Part shown: positions 49,530-59,288 of the stretch, one piece after another | Layout of the letters: each line of letters opens with the position of its first letter | Position numbering within the stretch: position 1 is the first letter of the stretch | Source: an uncultured Clostridia bacterium | GTDB lineage: Bacteria > Bacillota > Clostridia > TANB77 > CAG-508 | Direction of reading: 5' to 3' | DNA length: 64,000 nucleotides | Assembly (NCBI GenBank): GCA_944386755.1 | Contig: CALXCF010000003.1 | Coordinates: 26,689-90,688 of the forward strand | The notes under the pieces: model-generated | Told to the model about the DNA's origin: nothing | What the model saw: the letters and a program-made list of their open reading frames with translations, nothing else | Databases searched by the model: none | Program-made: the position numbers and the translations under genes

Positions 49530-50225
49530 ATGAACGAAGATAAAATCAAGTTAAAAAATAATGTTATCCTTCATAAAGATAATTCTTTAAATAGATTAGA
49601 CTTATCTTTTTTAAAACATATAGAATTAAGCGAATATAAGAAAAGTGAATTGTTGGCTTATTGGATACATGACTTTGCTGAATATCACGATGAAGAAAGA
49701 ACATTTAATATTTCAAAATCCGGTATATATTCTCGCGGTGATGTCATAAAAGTAAATTTAGGATTTAATATTGGAAATGAATTAGGAGGATTACATTATT
49801 GCATTGTTTTAAATAAGTATGATAATAGTAGAAATGGTGCTTTAAATATTATTCCATTAACATCTAGAAAAGATAATAAAAAATATGATTCTTCTTCTGT
49901 AAATCTTGGAAAAGAACTTTACAATATATTTCAAAGTAAAATAGAAAAAGAAAAACTCAAATTGCAACAAATATTAGTTGAATTAGAAAAAATAAAAAAT
50001 ATACCTATTAACATTCAAAGTACCATCGAAAAAGAACAAAAATATATTGCAAAAATGGAAAAAGAAATTGGGAAAATGCAAAAAGATAGTATTGCATTAA
50101 TTAATCAAATAACGACAATTAGTAAACAAAGAATCTTTAAAGATACTGTCAGAAGAAATGTAAAAATATCCAATAATTCACTTGATTTAATAGATAAGCA
50201 AATTACTAAATTTTTCACAAAATAA
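49530..50225 (+). CDS. PemK/MazF-family toxin-like protein (long form)
   Basis: RGDVIKVNLGFNIGNELGGLHYCIVL...IIPLTS...QITTISKQRI; no adjacent antitoxin ORF. Confidence 0.8.
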   Translation: MNEDKIKLKNNVILHKDNSLNRLDLSFLKHIELSEYKKSELLAYWIHDFAEYHDEERTFNISKSGIYSRGDVIKVNLGFNIGNELGGLHYCIVLNKYDNSRNGALNIIPLTSRKDNKKYDSSSVNLGKELYNIFQSKIEKEKLKLQQILVELEKIKNIPINIQSTIEKEQKYIAKMEKEIGKMQKDSIALINQITTISKQRIFKDTVRRNVKISNNSLDLIDKQITKFFTK

Positions 50226-50236
50226 AATTTCTATAT

Positions 50237-50313
50237 AAAAGGAGAGTTGCTAATGAACTCTCCAAAATCATTTAGGCTCCCGTCTTACTACAAAAGTAGT
50301 AGAGGGTTAAGTT
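50237..50313 (-). ncRNA. Candidate ~75-nt small RNA convergent on the PemK-like gene
   Basis: Promoter TTGACA (50348-50343)-17 nt-TGnTAGAAT (50325-50320); internal tactac/gtagta hairpin; terminator ggagagtt/aactctcc plus U tract; no ORF. Confidence 0.55.
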
Positions 50314-50521
50314 AAATATATTCTAACATATAATATTTAACTTGTCAAACTAATTTGACATTAATATTATATGAGCATTTATTGGAATTATACATTTTTA
50401 AAGTGAATATTTTCGATGTTATCCTTTTTCCTTTAAGGTGACAAATTGTCACCTTAAAACTTCAAAATCACTTTCATTTCAAAAAACTTACGAACCATAT
50501 TAATTCGTAAGCTTTATAACT

Positions 50522-50595
<74 letters not shown>

Positions 50596-50622
50596 ATATT
50601 AAATTACAATTATCAGGATTGT

Positions 50623-50696
<74 letters not shown>

Positions 50697-50800
50697 AATA
50701 CTCTCCTCCTGACATTTATAAATTATAAAGGTTTTTTTTTATTTTGTCAATACCTATTTTAAAAAAATTTTAAAATAGGTATTATGTAAAATTTTGTTCA

Positions 50801-51370
50801 TTAAATATTCTTGTTTTTTATATAACTTTGAGTAAATTCTTCTTTTAAAATATCCATGCTAATTCTATCATAGTATTTTCCATTAATAAATTCAGATTTT
50901 CTCCTTCTTCCATACTCTTTAAATCCACATTTTTTATAACATGCAATTGCTCTTTCATTAAATGATAATACATCTAATTTAATATTATTTAGATTTAAAT
51001 AGTTAAATCCATAGTCCAATATTAATTGTATTGCCTCTGTTCCATACCCTTTATTTCTTGCTTCTTTTTCACCTATAAAAATTCCAAGTGTAGCTGTTCT
51101 ATTAGTATAATTAATATTCTCTAATCCTATACTACCTAATAATTTATCTGTTTTTAATTCAATTATTCCGAATGTCGCTTCATCTTTTGTATGTTTTTCT
51201 AAATATTCCTTCTCTGATTCAATTGTAACTAGAGCTCCGCTTCTTCCTAAATAATCCGTTGTTTCAAAATCATTTAACCACTCTGTGAATTTTTTTACAT
51301 CTTCTGTACTTCTTGGTGATAAGTAAATTTTTTCTCCTAATAATTTTTTAAAATATTTCATTATAATCAT
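50801..51370 (-). CDS. GNAT acetyltransferase (RimJ/RimL/SpeG-like)
   Basis: RNKGYGTEAI, FNERAIACYKKCGF. Confidence 0.88.
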   Translation of the reverse strand: MIIMKYFKKLLGEKIYLSPRSTEDVKKFTEWLNDFETTDYLGRSGALVTIESEKEYLEKHTKDEATFGIIELKTDKLLGSIGLENINYTNRTATLGIFIGEKEARNKGYGTEAIQLILDYGFNYLNLNNIKLDVLSFNERAIACYKKCGFKEYGRRRKSEFINGKYYDRISMDILKEEFTQSYIKNKNI

Positions 51371-51842
51371 CCTCCTACTTCCATTTCCATATTTAATCTT
51401 TGTACTTTCATTCCTTGAGCTTTATAGAATTCTATTGCTTCTTTATTAAAACTCCAACAACTTAATTCCATTCTATTACATTTTAATTCCTTTGCAATTT
51501 TATTCATCTCTTGTATTAATAATGTTCCAACACCTTTTCTTTGACATTTTTTATCAACCACTATTTTTCCAACATATAAAATTTTAGCATTTTCTAAATT
51601 TATATGATTTTCTACTTCTTTAATTCTGAAAATAACTAATCCGCACACTTTTCCTTATCATTTACTGCTACAATCATTTTTCTTTCTTTACTTTCTAGCA
51701 CTTCTATAACTTCACTTTCAACTTCTTTTTTGGTTGTTTTCTTAAAGATATCTGGTCTATTTTTACAATGTAATTCTTGTGCTTGCATAAGTAATTCTAT
51801 TAACTCTTTTTTATCTTCAATTCTTGTTTCTCTAATTTCCAT
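51367..51842 (-). pseudogene. GNAT acetyltransferase split by a -1 frameshift
   Basis: MEIRETRIED... joins VCGLVIF...QRKGVGTLL...FYKAQGM if one A is added to GGAAAAG near 51650. Confidence 0.75.
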
Positions 51843-51858
51843 ATCACCACTTCCTATG

Positions 51859-52644
51859 CTATATTTTTTCAACTATTTCCAATATATGAGAACTATATCC
51901 CATTAAATCTTTTCTTTTGCAATTTTTCAAATGATAATCCAAGAATATCTCAAATTCTTCATCAATCATTTTGTTAACATAATCTGCCATATTGGGTGCA
52001 AACCCATCTGTTGCAACTGTTTCTAGTTCTTTAACCTCATATTTTTTCATTAATTTACTAAAATCATCCACTTTGAATGTAGCAAATATTTCTTCCTTCA
52101 ATTTAGGCATATTCCAGTTATCATCACATATTTCCTTTAATCGTTTTAAATTTCCTTTTCTTACTCCATAAGAATATATTACCGAGTCATCTGTTAGATA
52201 TGCAATAAAAATTTTTCCCCCGCTTTTAGTTACGCGAATAGCTTCTTTTATCGCTTTATCTATATCAAGTTCATCATATAAATGATATAACGGACCTAAA
52301 ACTAGAGTAATATCAAATATATCATCCTCAAGGCTATTTAAGTCTAGTGCATTTCCTTGAATAGCATTTATTTTCATATCTTTTGTTATTTTACTTTTAA
52401 ATATTTCTAAATTTTTATTAATCAACTCTACACTATATACCTCAAATCCTTTTTTAGCATAATGTATTGAATATCTACCTGTTCCTGCACCTATTTCTAG
52501 TATTCTATTTCCTTTTTCTAAATATTTTTCAATATATTTAGTTGTTGTAATAAATTCTATTTGATGTGCTTTATCTTTTATCAGTCTTGAATCTTCATCA
52601 TAATTATTATAATATTCATTTAAAATTTTTTCTACTTCATTCAT
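51859..52644 (-). CDS. Class I SAM-dependent methyltransferase
   Basis: ILEIGAGTGRYS, LGPLYHL. Confidence 0.9.
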   Translation of the reverse strand: MNEVEKILNEYYNNYDEDSRLIKDKAHQIEFITTTKYIEKYLEKGNRILEIGAGTGRYSIHYAKKGFEVYSVELINKNLEIFKSKITKDMKINAIQGNALDLNSLEDDIFDITLVLGPLYHLYDELDIDKAIKEAIRVTKSGGKIFIAYLTDDSVIYSYGVRKGNLKRLKEICDDNWNMPKLKEEIFATFKVDDFSKLMKKYEVKELETVATDGFAPNMADYVNKMIDEEFEIFLDYHLKNCKRKDLMGYSSHILEIVEKI

Positions 52645-52858
52645 TTTATCCCCTCCATTATCTATATAATCAAAAAAGCCTCACTAAGAAATCTCTATTA
52701 AGACTCCTTAGCAAGACTTATTAATCTTACCTTCTGTGTAAGTAATCAATATTATAACTACCCTGTATCGCTCAAGTTCCAACTCTTAGATACACTCTTA
52801 ATTTATGTTTTAAATTTTATCATATAATTTAATTTCTGTCAACAGTATTTTACATAAT

Positions 52859-54754
52859 TTATTTCTCAATTTCGTCATTTTCCTTTTCTTTAATCTTTTT
52901 TTCTCTCATAACACCATCATCTTCTATGTAATAATGTTTATCAACATATTTTTGTGCTAAATCTACTCTATGTGTTACAACTATTCCCATTGCTCCTACA
53001 TCTTTAATTGCTTGTATAATTGATTTTAGCTGTTTCTCTACCAATTTGTCTTCAACATTTCCAACTGGTTCATCTACTAATATTATTGACGGATTTTCCG
53101 TGGTTCTATATAAAGCCTGAGCTAGTGACAATCTCTTTTTTTGTCCTGTTGAAAATTGATTATAGTCTTTTGAAGATAATTCTGTTTCTATTTTCTCGCT
53201 GTCTAATTTTACTTCTTGTAATACCTCTCGTAATTTTTGCTTTTCCTCTTCTGACATCTCTATTAGTGTCTCTTTTCCTGTTATTTGTTCTAGCACATTA
53301 GAACTTGTCCCCAATTTTTTATCTGCTTTTACCGCTATAAATTGTTTTCCTAATTTATCAACACTTTCTTTTCCATCTATTAATATTGCATTTCTATTAT
53401 TTATATCTCCCCTTTTTAATAATCGTATAAATGTACTTTTTCCAGCTCCAGATTTACCCGATAGCAAAGCCACTTCTCCTTTTTTTATTGAAAACTCCGG
53501 AACTTCTATTTCAGTTCTATATCTTATTTTTCCTGTTTCATTACTTTTTTGTTGATAAAATTTTCCTTTAAAATCTTTTATTTCCAATTTTTCAAATGGT
53601 TTATGTATTTCAACTAACGGGTCTTGTTTTTCTTCTATTTGACTTACTATGTTCTCCATTTCTTTTTCATATTCTCTTAATCTTTCATTTTCATGTTGGA
53701 ATTTATACATAGAATTGATACTATCCATAATATTTCTTATTAAATAGTTATTTTGATTTATTTCTAGCAATATCTGTGACAAAGTTTTAGCATCCAGTTT
53801 TTCCGCTTTCTTTAATTTTCCTGCTCCTATTACACCTGTCAAAACTGACATTGATATAACATCAATTGCTTTCATCAAATTAACTTTATCTTCAATTTTC
53901 ATCTCTTCACTACTAGCTTTGTATATATTATCTTCTATATTTTTTAATTTATCTCTTTCTTCAACGCCACTCACTGGCTCATTTTCAACTAAATCTCCTT
54001 CTAATCTTCCTATATCTCTTCTTGTATCTCCCACTTTTTCTTTGTAATTCTTTGTGAAAAATCTTCTTCCAAGCAAAGTCCCTACACTAACCAGTCCACT
54101 TATTCCTAAAGCTTTTGCTGTACTTTTCGAATTTTTACTCTCACTATAAATTGCTCCTAAGATACTTACTAAACTCATTCCTAATCCTAGATATGTAGAA
54201 AATTTATTATCTTGTATGCGATGTAATTGATTTTCATAATCTCTAACTATGCTAGCAATTTCTCTTTCTGTCATTGATATCTCTATTTCTACTTCCTTTT
54301 CTTCTCCATCTTCACCTATCTCTTTTACTATACGTTTTCTTGTAATCACACCATCTCTTGAATTTTGTACTATTTCATACATATTTTTTAAATTAGCAAT
54401 TTCTCTTTCTGTATCATATTTTGAATACATATTATCTTTATACATATTTAGGAAATCATACAAAGGTCCTTTACCTATTCTTAATAGAGTCATAAGTTTT
54501 ACTGTTTCGGGCTTTAAATCTTCATTTGAATTTAGATTTCTAAAAACTGCATCTACCCCTACATCACCTAAAACTTGTAAAAATTCTATTCCTCTAATTA
54601 GATACTTATAATCCGAATTTTTGAATGTGCCACTTTTAAATTTTTCAATTCGTTTATGTTGTCTTTTTTTAGGTTTATTCCCTAAATTTCCTCTTATTTT
54701 TGAAGTTATAATTTTAGCCGTTTCACCTATATTTGGAGTATATCTCTTTCCCAT
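52859..54754 (-). CDS. ABC-type ATPase with a divergent N-terminal membrane domain
   Basis: GKSGAGKST, FSTGQ signature, ILVDEP, VTH. Confidence 0.75.
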   Translation of the reverse strand: MGKRYTPNIGETAKIITSKIRGNLGNKPKKRQHKRIEKFKSGTFKNSDYKYLIRGIEFLQVLGDVGVDAVFRNLNSNEDLKPETVKLMTLLRIGKGPLYDFLNMYKDNMYSKYDTEREIANLKNMYEIVQNSRDGVITRKRIVKEIGEDGEEKEVEIEISMTEREIASIVRDYENQLHRIQDNKFSTYLGLGMSLVSILGAIYSESKNSKSTAKALGISGLVSVGTLLGRRFFTKNYKEKVGDTRRDIGRLEGDLVENEPVSGVEERDKLKNIEDNIYKASSEEMKIEDKVNLMKAIDVISMSVLTGVIGAGKLKKAEKLDAKTLSQILLEINQNNYLIRNIMDSINSMYKFQHENERLREYEKEMENIVSQIEEKQDPLVEIHKPFEKLEIKDFKGKFYQQKSNETGKIRYRTEIEVPEFSIKKGEVALLSGKSGAGKSTFIRLLKRGDINNRNAILIDGKESVDKLGKQFIAVKADKKLGTSSNVLEQITGKETLIEMSEEEKQKLREVLQEVKLDSEKIETELSSKDYNQFSTGQKKRLSLAQALYRTTENPSIILVDEPVGNVEDKLVEKQLKSIIQAIKDVGAMGIVVTHRVDLAQKYVDKHYYIEDDGVMREKKIKEKENDEIEK

Positions 54755-54880
54755 TCTATTCCTCCTTCATTTTGGTTTACATATATATTTTACCATATTT
54801 TGCTATAAAAATAAACCTATATTATCAAACTTTTTAATCTAATAATATAGGTTTACTTCATTTTTCCTCATTTCGTTTAC

Positions 54881-54970
54881 AAGATGTGTCCCAAAATGGA
54901 CAAAAATGTCCAAACGGAAACGTCCCCAAATGGACAAAATGTCGCAAGAGAAACGTCCCCAATGCGACAT
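54881..54970. repeat. Composite GTCCC REP-like repeat (about three units)
   Basis: Contains both the 15119-type and the 28221-type units in tandem. Confidence 0.75.
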
Positions 54971-56133
54971 CAAACATATGAACATTCTACTTTTGGTACT
55001 GCATAGTATTTAGGATTTTCACTATGTATTTTTTGTTGTACTTGCACTTTTAATTTATCACTATCAACTTTTTCTTCTCTTGGTATAACTAAATCAAATA
55101 TTAAGTTTATTCTTCCTCCACCATTAGTCATTCTAAAATCATGTATTGAATAGTTTTCATTAATTTCTTTTACTATTTTTTCTGTTATTTCTCTCATTTT
55201 ATTAATTTCTTCGTCATCAACTTCTATTGGGTCCATATGTATTGTTGTTATACAATTGAATTCTTCATAAATGTCTTGTTCCATCTGGTCTATTATGTCA
55301 TGTGCCATACATATGTCACTATTTGCTGGGACTTCTGCATGAAAGGATACTATTTTTCTTCCTGGTCCATAATCATGTATCATCATATCATGTATTCCTA
55401 CTATCATATCGTATTTTTTAGTGAATTCTTCTATTCCTTTTACTAATTCTGGGTCTGGTCTTGCACCTAATAGAATGTCAACAGTTTCTTTTAATGCTTT
55501 AAATCCTGTAAATAATATGAATATTGATACTAATATACTTACATATCCATCTATTGATATATTCGCAAATTTTGCTACAATTGCAGATAATAGAACAACA
55601 AATGTAGATATTACATCTGATATGCTATCATATGCATTTCCTTTTATTGCTTCTGAATTAATTATTTTTGCTATCTTTTTGTAGAAGAAAAATAACCATA
55701 GTTTTGCAATTATAGCTATCACTAATATTGTAATTGTTATTGTGCTTATATCAGGCATTACTGGATTTATTATTTTATCTATTGAAGATTGAAATAATTC
55801 AATTCCAACTAATATTATTAACATATCTACTATAAATGCTGCTATATATTCCATTCTTCCATGTCCCCATGGATGGTCATCATCTACTTTCTTTTGTGAC
55901 ATCTTGAATCCTATCATTGTTATAACCGATGAACCTGCATCTGTTATGTTATTTAATCCATCTGAAATTATTGACATTGAGTTTGATATTATTCCAACGG
56001 CCACTTTTGTTACTGATAGTATAAAATTTACTACTATTCCTGTTAGGCTTGATAGTGTTCCATATTTTGTTCTTACTTTTGCATCTTTTACGTTTTTATC
56101 TTTTATAAATAATTTGATTAAAAAATTTGTCAT
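54970..56133 (-). CDS. Cation diffusion facilitator transporter
   Basis: HPWGHGRMEY, DSISD, HDMMIHDYGPG, IHMDP. Confidence 0.92.
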   Translation of the reverse strand: MTNFLIKLFIKDKNVKDAKVRTKYGTLSSLTGIVVNFILSVTKVAVGIISNSMSIISDGLNNITDAGSSVITMIGFKMSQKKVDDDHPWGHGRMEYIAAFIVDMLIILVGIELFQSSIDKIINPVMPDISTITITILVIAIIAKLWLFFFYKKIAKIINSEAIKGNAYDSISDVISTFVVLLSAIVAKFANISIDGYVSILVSIFILFTGFKALKETVDILLGARPDPELVKGIEEFTKKYDMIVGIHDMMIHDYGPGRKIVSFHAEVPANSDICMAHDIIDQMEQDIYEEFNCITTIHMDPIEVDDEEINKMREITEKIVKEINENYSIHDFRMTNGGGRINLIFDLVIPREEKVDSDKLKVQVQQKIHSENPKYYAVPKVECSYV

Positions 56134-56147
56134 TGTCTTTCCTTCCT

Positions 56148-57089
56148 TTATTTTTTCTTTAATTTTGCTACAAAAAATCCTTCCATATTTTTTGATGGTA
56201 ATATCCTTATAGCTTTATTTATGCTGTCATCTAAACCATCATTAAATCCTTGCATTTTTTCTTTAAAATCAATATTTATATCTAACAATTTCACATTAAA
56301 ATTTTCAATTGCCCATTGTAAGACATTTTCATTTTCATCTTTATTCAAAGTACATGTGGAATATACCATCATTCCATTCGGCTTTAAAGCAGTATATGCA
56401 CTTTTAAACAGTTTTTTCTGTAATTTTGCAAGTTCTCTTACTGTTCTTTTTGACCAATTCCTATAAGTGCCAACATTATTTCCTAAAAACCTTCCTTCAC
56501 CACTACATGGTGCATCTAATAGTACTTTATCAAATTTTTCTTGATATTCTTCTCCTACTTTTTCTCCTCTATTATTTATTACTTCTACTATATTTGCTCC
56601 CTGTTTTTCAATATTATATTGTAATCTCTCACATCTAATTTTATCTAATTCATTCGCTAAAATATATCCATCATTTTTCATCATTACTGCCATTTGTGTT
56701 GTTTTACTCCCAGGAGCTGCTGTTAAATCTAATACCTTTTCTCCTGGTTTAGGATTTAAAACTAATGGTGGAACCATACTTGATAAACTTTGCAAATATA
56801 TGTATCCTTTTTCATATATATCTAATTTTTGAATTTCTTTTTCATTTGCGTTTTTTATTATTAATGCATCCTTATACCATGATACTCTTTCAAATTTAAT
56901 ATTTTTTTCTCTTAAATATTTCATTAATTCTTGTATATTGTATTTTATTGTGTTTACTCTTAATGTAGTATTTCTTTCTCCTAACATTCCTGTTAATATT
57001 TTGTCTACCGTAATTGGTGTATATTGCTCATATAATTCATCTACAAAGTCTTTTGGTAGTTTTCTTTTTAAGTCTAATATTGATAGCAT
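56148..57089 (-). CDS. RsmB/NOP (RsmF-like) RNA cytosine-C5 methyltransferase
   Basis: LDLTAAPGSKT, LDAPCSGEG, VYSTCTLNKDENE. Confidence 0.92.
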   Translation of the reverse strand: MLSILDLKRKLPKDFVDELYEQYTPITVDKILTGMLGERNTTLRVNTIKYNIQELMKYLREKNIKFERVSWYKDALIIKNANEKEIQKLDIYEKGYIYLQSLSSMVPPLVLNPKPGEKVLDLTAAPGSKTTQMAVMMKNDGYILANELDKIRCERLQYNIEKQGANIVEVINNRGEKVGEEYQEKFDKVLLDAPCSGEGRFLGNNVGTYRNWSKRTVRELAKLQKKLFKSAYTALKPNGMMVYSTCTLNKDENENVLQWAIENFNVKLLDINIDFKEKMQGFNDGLDDSINKAIRILPSKNMEGFFVAKLKKK

Positions 57090-57095
57090 TTAGTT

Positions 57096-57626
57096 TTACC
57101 TCCATATGTCTCCATTAATAAATTTTGTTAATGCCATAATGAATGCATTTCTTGTTAAATCAATTCTTGATACTTCTTCTTTTGTTAGACAACTAATTCC
57201 ACCTTTTCCTTTAGATAATTCATTTCCACTAAATATTCTATCCATAACTTTTCCTAATTCTGTTTCTTTAATTTCTTCTATGTATTTATCTGGAATTGGA
57301 AAACCTTGGCTTGTCCCAATGCTTTGAATCCCCTCATTACTTTCTACAACTGCTAAATTTATATCAATCCATCCTCCTAATAGTTTTGTTATTCCTGCTT
57401 CACTTGAAATATAGAAATCCGCTTCTATATTATTTTTCTTTGCATATTCTTTTAAATTTTTTACTCTATTTTTTGCTCCTTGTAATATTTCTTCATCAAA
57501 TGGTTGCTCTCCTACTTCTGAATCTACTGCAATTCCTTCTATTTCAACATTATCAAAATATTTTTCAAATGCTTCTTTTGCTCCTTGTATTTTCCCCGGA
57601 TTTTTTGTCCCCATTAGGATTTTCAT
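57096..57626 (-). CDS. yjjX: Inosine/xanthosine triphosphatase (YjjX family)
   Basis: GTKNPGKI, GEQP, GAKNRV, EAG, GGISCLT..R. Confidence 0.82.
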   Translation of the reverse strand: MKILMGTKNPGKIQGAKEAFEKYFDNVEIEGIAVDSEVGEQPFDEEILQGAKNRVKNLKEYAKKNNIEADFYISSEAGITKLLGGWIDINLAVVESNEGIQSIGTSQGFPIPDKYIEEIKETELGKVMDRIFSGNELSKGKGGISCLTKEEVSRIDLTRNAFIMALTKFINGDIWR

Positions 57627-58207
57627 TATTTTTCCAACTCCTTTATATACCTATATATTTCTCCCCAATTATATAAGACTTTTATATAATCATTTTCTTC
57701 TAAATCATATGATGGTGCATCTTTTAAATATATTGTTTTTATTTTAGATTTAGCAATACTTTTGCATTTATCATATGAATCATCAATCATTATATCAATA
57801 TGTTCTTTAACACATACTTCATCTTTATTTTCAGTTGCCCAATAAAATTTATCAAATATCTCCATTCCTTCATTTTTAAATCTTTCTTCTGTAATTTTTA
57901 TCATATCCTTATTTATTCCGCCTCGTGCTGTTATTAACACTAAGATATAACCTTCTGCTTTTAAAAGTTTTAATACTTCTTTTGCACCTGGCATATAATT
58001 TGATTTTACAACAATTTGTTTATGATATTTTTCTATAAATCCTTGTATTTCTTCTTCTGTCCATCTAAATCTTTTTTGAAATTTTAATTCTTGATTATTT
58101 ATTTTACTATTTTTCTTTAAATCTATTACATCATATAATTCTGAATATACTCTATATTCTTTTTCTGAATCAAATACTACTCCATCTAAATCTATACCTA
58201 TTTTCAT
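57626..58207 (-). CDS. HAD-superfamily 5'(3')-nucleotidase-like protein
   Basis: IGIDLDGVV, ITAR, MIDDS, NWGEI. Confidence 0.82.
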   Translation of the reverse strand: MKIGIDLDGVVFDSEKEYRVYSELYDVIDLKKNSKINNQELKFQKRFRWTEEEIQGFIEKYHKQIVVKSNYMPGAKEVLKLLKAEGYILVLITARGGINKDMIKITEERFKNEGMEIFDKFYWATENKDEVCVKEHIDIMIDDSYDKCKSIAKSKIKTIYLKDAPSYDLEENDYIKVLYNWGEIYRYIKELEK

Positions 58208-58220
58208 AAAAAACTTCTCC

Positions 58221-58634
58221 TTACAATACTTTATCTTTATCGAAAATTTCTATCCATCCTAATTTAATGAAATCTATTACTTCTGTATAGCACTTTACTT
58301 CTTTGCTTGGCTTATTTAGTAACCATATTTTTTTATCTTTATTATGATTTACTTTTTGTACCATAGTATAACTTAATTCTGCAAAAGTTTCTGCACCAAT
58401 ATATCCTTCTATCCCATTTTTCTCTCCGTTAAGTACAAATAAAATGTCTGTTTCATCTAAAGATTTAAAAAATTTCAAATAAACTTCTTTATATACTTTT
58501 TCATTTTCTTGGTCTATTTTTTTAGGATAATTTATTACTTGATATCCCTGTTTTTCAAAATAGTTTTTCCAATCTTCTATTTCTTTTTCAAATTTGCTAC
58601 TACAAGCAATTACTAATTTTTTATTTTCGACCAT
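58221..58634 (-). CDS. Hypothetical protein, nucleoside deoxyribosyltransferase-like fold
   Basis: DILFVLN...GYIGAETFAEL pattern. Confidence 0.5.
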   Translation of the reverse strand: MVENKKLVIACSSKFEKEIEDWKNYFEKQGYQVINYPKKIDQENEKVYKEVYLKFFKSLDETDILFVLNGEKNGIEGYIGAETFAELSYTMVQKVNHNKDKKIWLLNKPSKEVKCYTEVIDFIKLGWIEIFDKDKVL

Positions 58635-58648
58635 TTTATTACACCTTT

Positions 58649-59275
58649 CTATTTAATTCTTTTTATAGTACTTACTATAAATTCAACTACACCATCTTTA
58701 TTAGTTTCTTCTCTACTCTTTCTTTTTTCTTCTTCTGTCAATTCTAACCAATATTTATTATTCTCTGGCATAACAGATATCGAATCTAAAGGATATCCAG
58801 AATTTCTTTCTTTACATGCTTTGTCTACAAGATAGAAATTACTTTTACTCCAACTATATTCCTTGATTTCTTCTCCATTATATATCACCATACCGTATAC
58901 CCATTTAGCTGTTAATTTTCCACCATATTGTTTTGCTAAATTAGTATAATACTCTATCATTTCGTCATCATTTAATTCTTTACCATTAATCCTTCTTACA
59001 TGTGTTCCAGGTTGTTTTTCATCTGGTAATTCTTCTATTAACAAATTATCATCCATTCCAATGGTTACAATTTTTGTTGCATCATAATATGCTTTTGCTT
59101 TGATATATGCATTTTCAATTGCATTTTTCCCGTTTTCATCTATATCTAGTTTAAAATCTAAATCTTTTATTGTTATTAGTTCTATTCCTTTTTCTTCTAG
59201 CGTCTTCTTATATTTTCTGACCTTTGCTGGGTTTGTTGTTGCAAATAATACTTTCATTTTTACTATCCCTTTCAT
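58649..59275 (-). CDS. Ham1/RdgB-like non-canonical purine NTP pyrophosphatase
   Basis: LFATTNPAKV, ENAYIKAKAY, GMDD, PGTHVRR. Confidence 0.82.
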   Translation of the reverse strand: MKGIVKMKVLFATTNPAKVRKYKKTLEEKGIELITIKDLDFKLDIDENGKNAIENAYIKAKAYYDATKIVTIGMDDNLLIEELPDEKQPGTHVRRINGKELNDDEMIEYYTNLAKQYGGKLTAKWVYGMVIYNGEEIKEYSWSKSNFYLVDKACKERNSGYPLDSISVMPENNKYWLELTEEEKRKSREETNKDGVVEFIVSTIKRIK

Positions 59276-59288
59276 TATAAAATCTATA

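Noticed and set aside
51636-51660. GNAT gene split as a further CGG-type event
   Set aside because: It needs a -1 change (one A missing in GGAAAAG) and the nearby CGG is not in frame; it looks like an ordinary homopolymer indel or sequencing error. It does show that indels can occur in this sequence.
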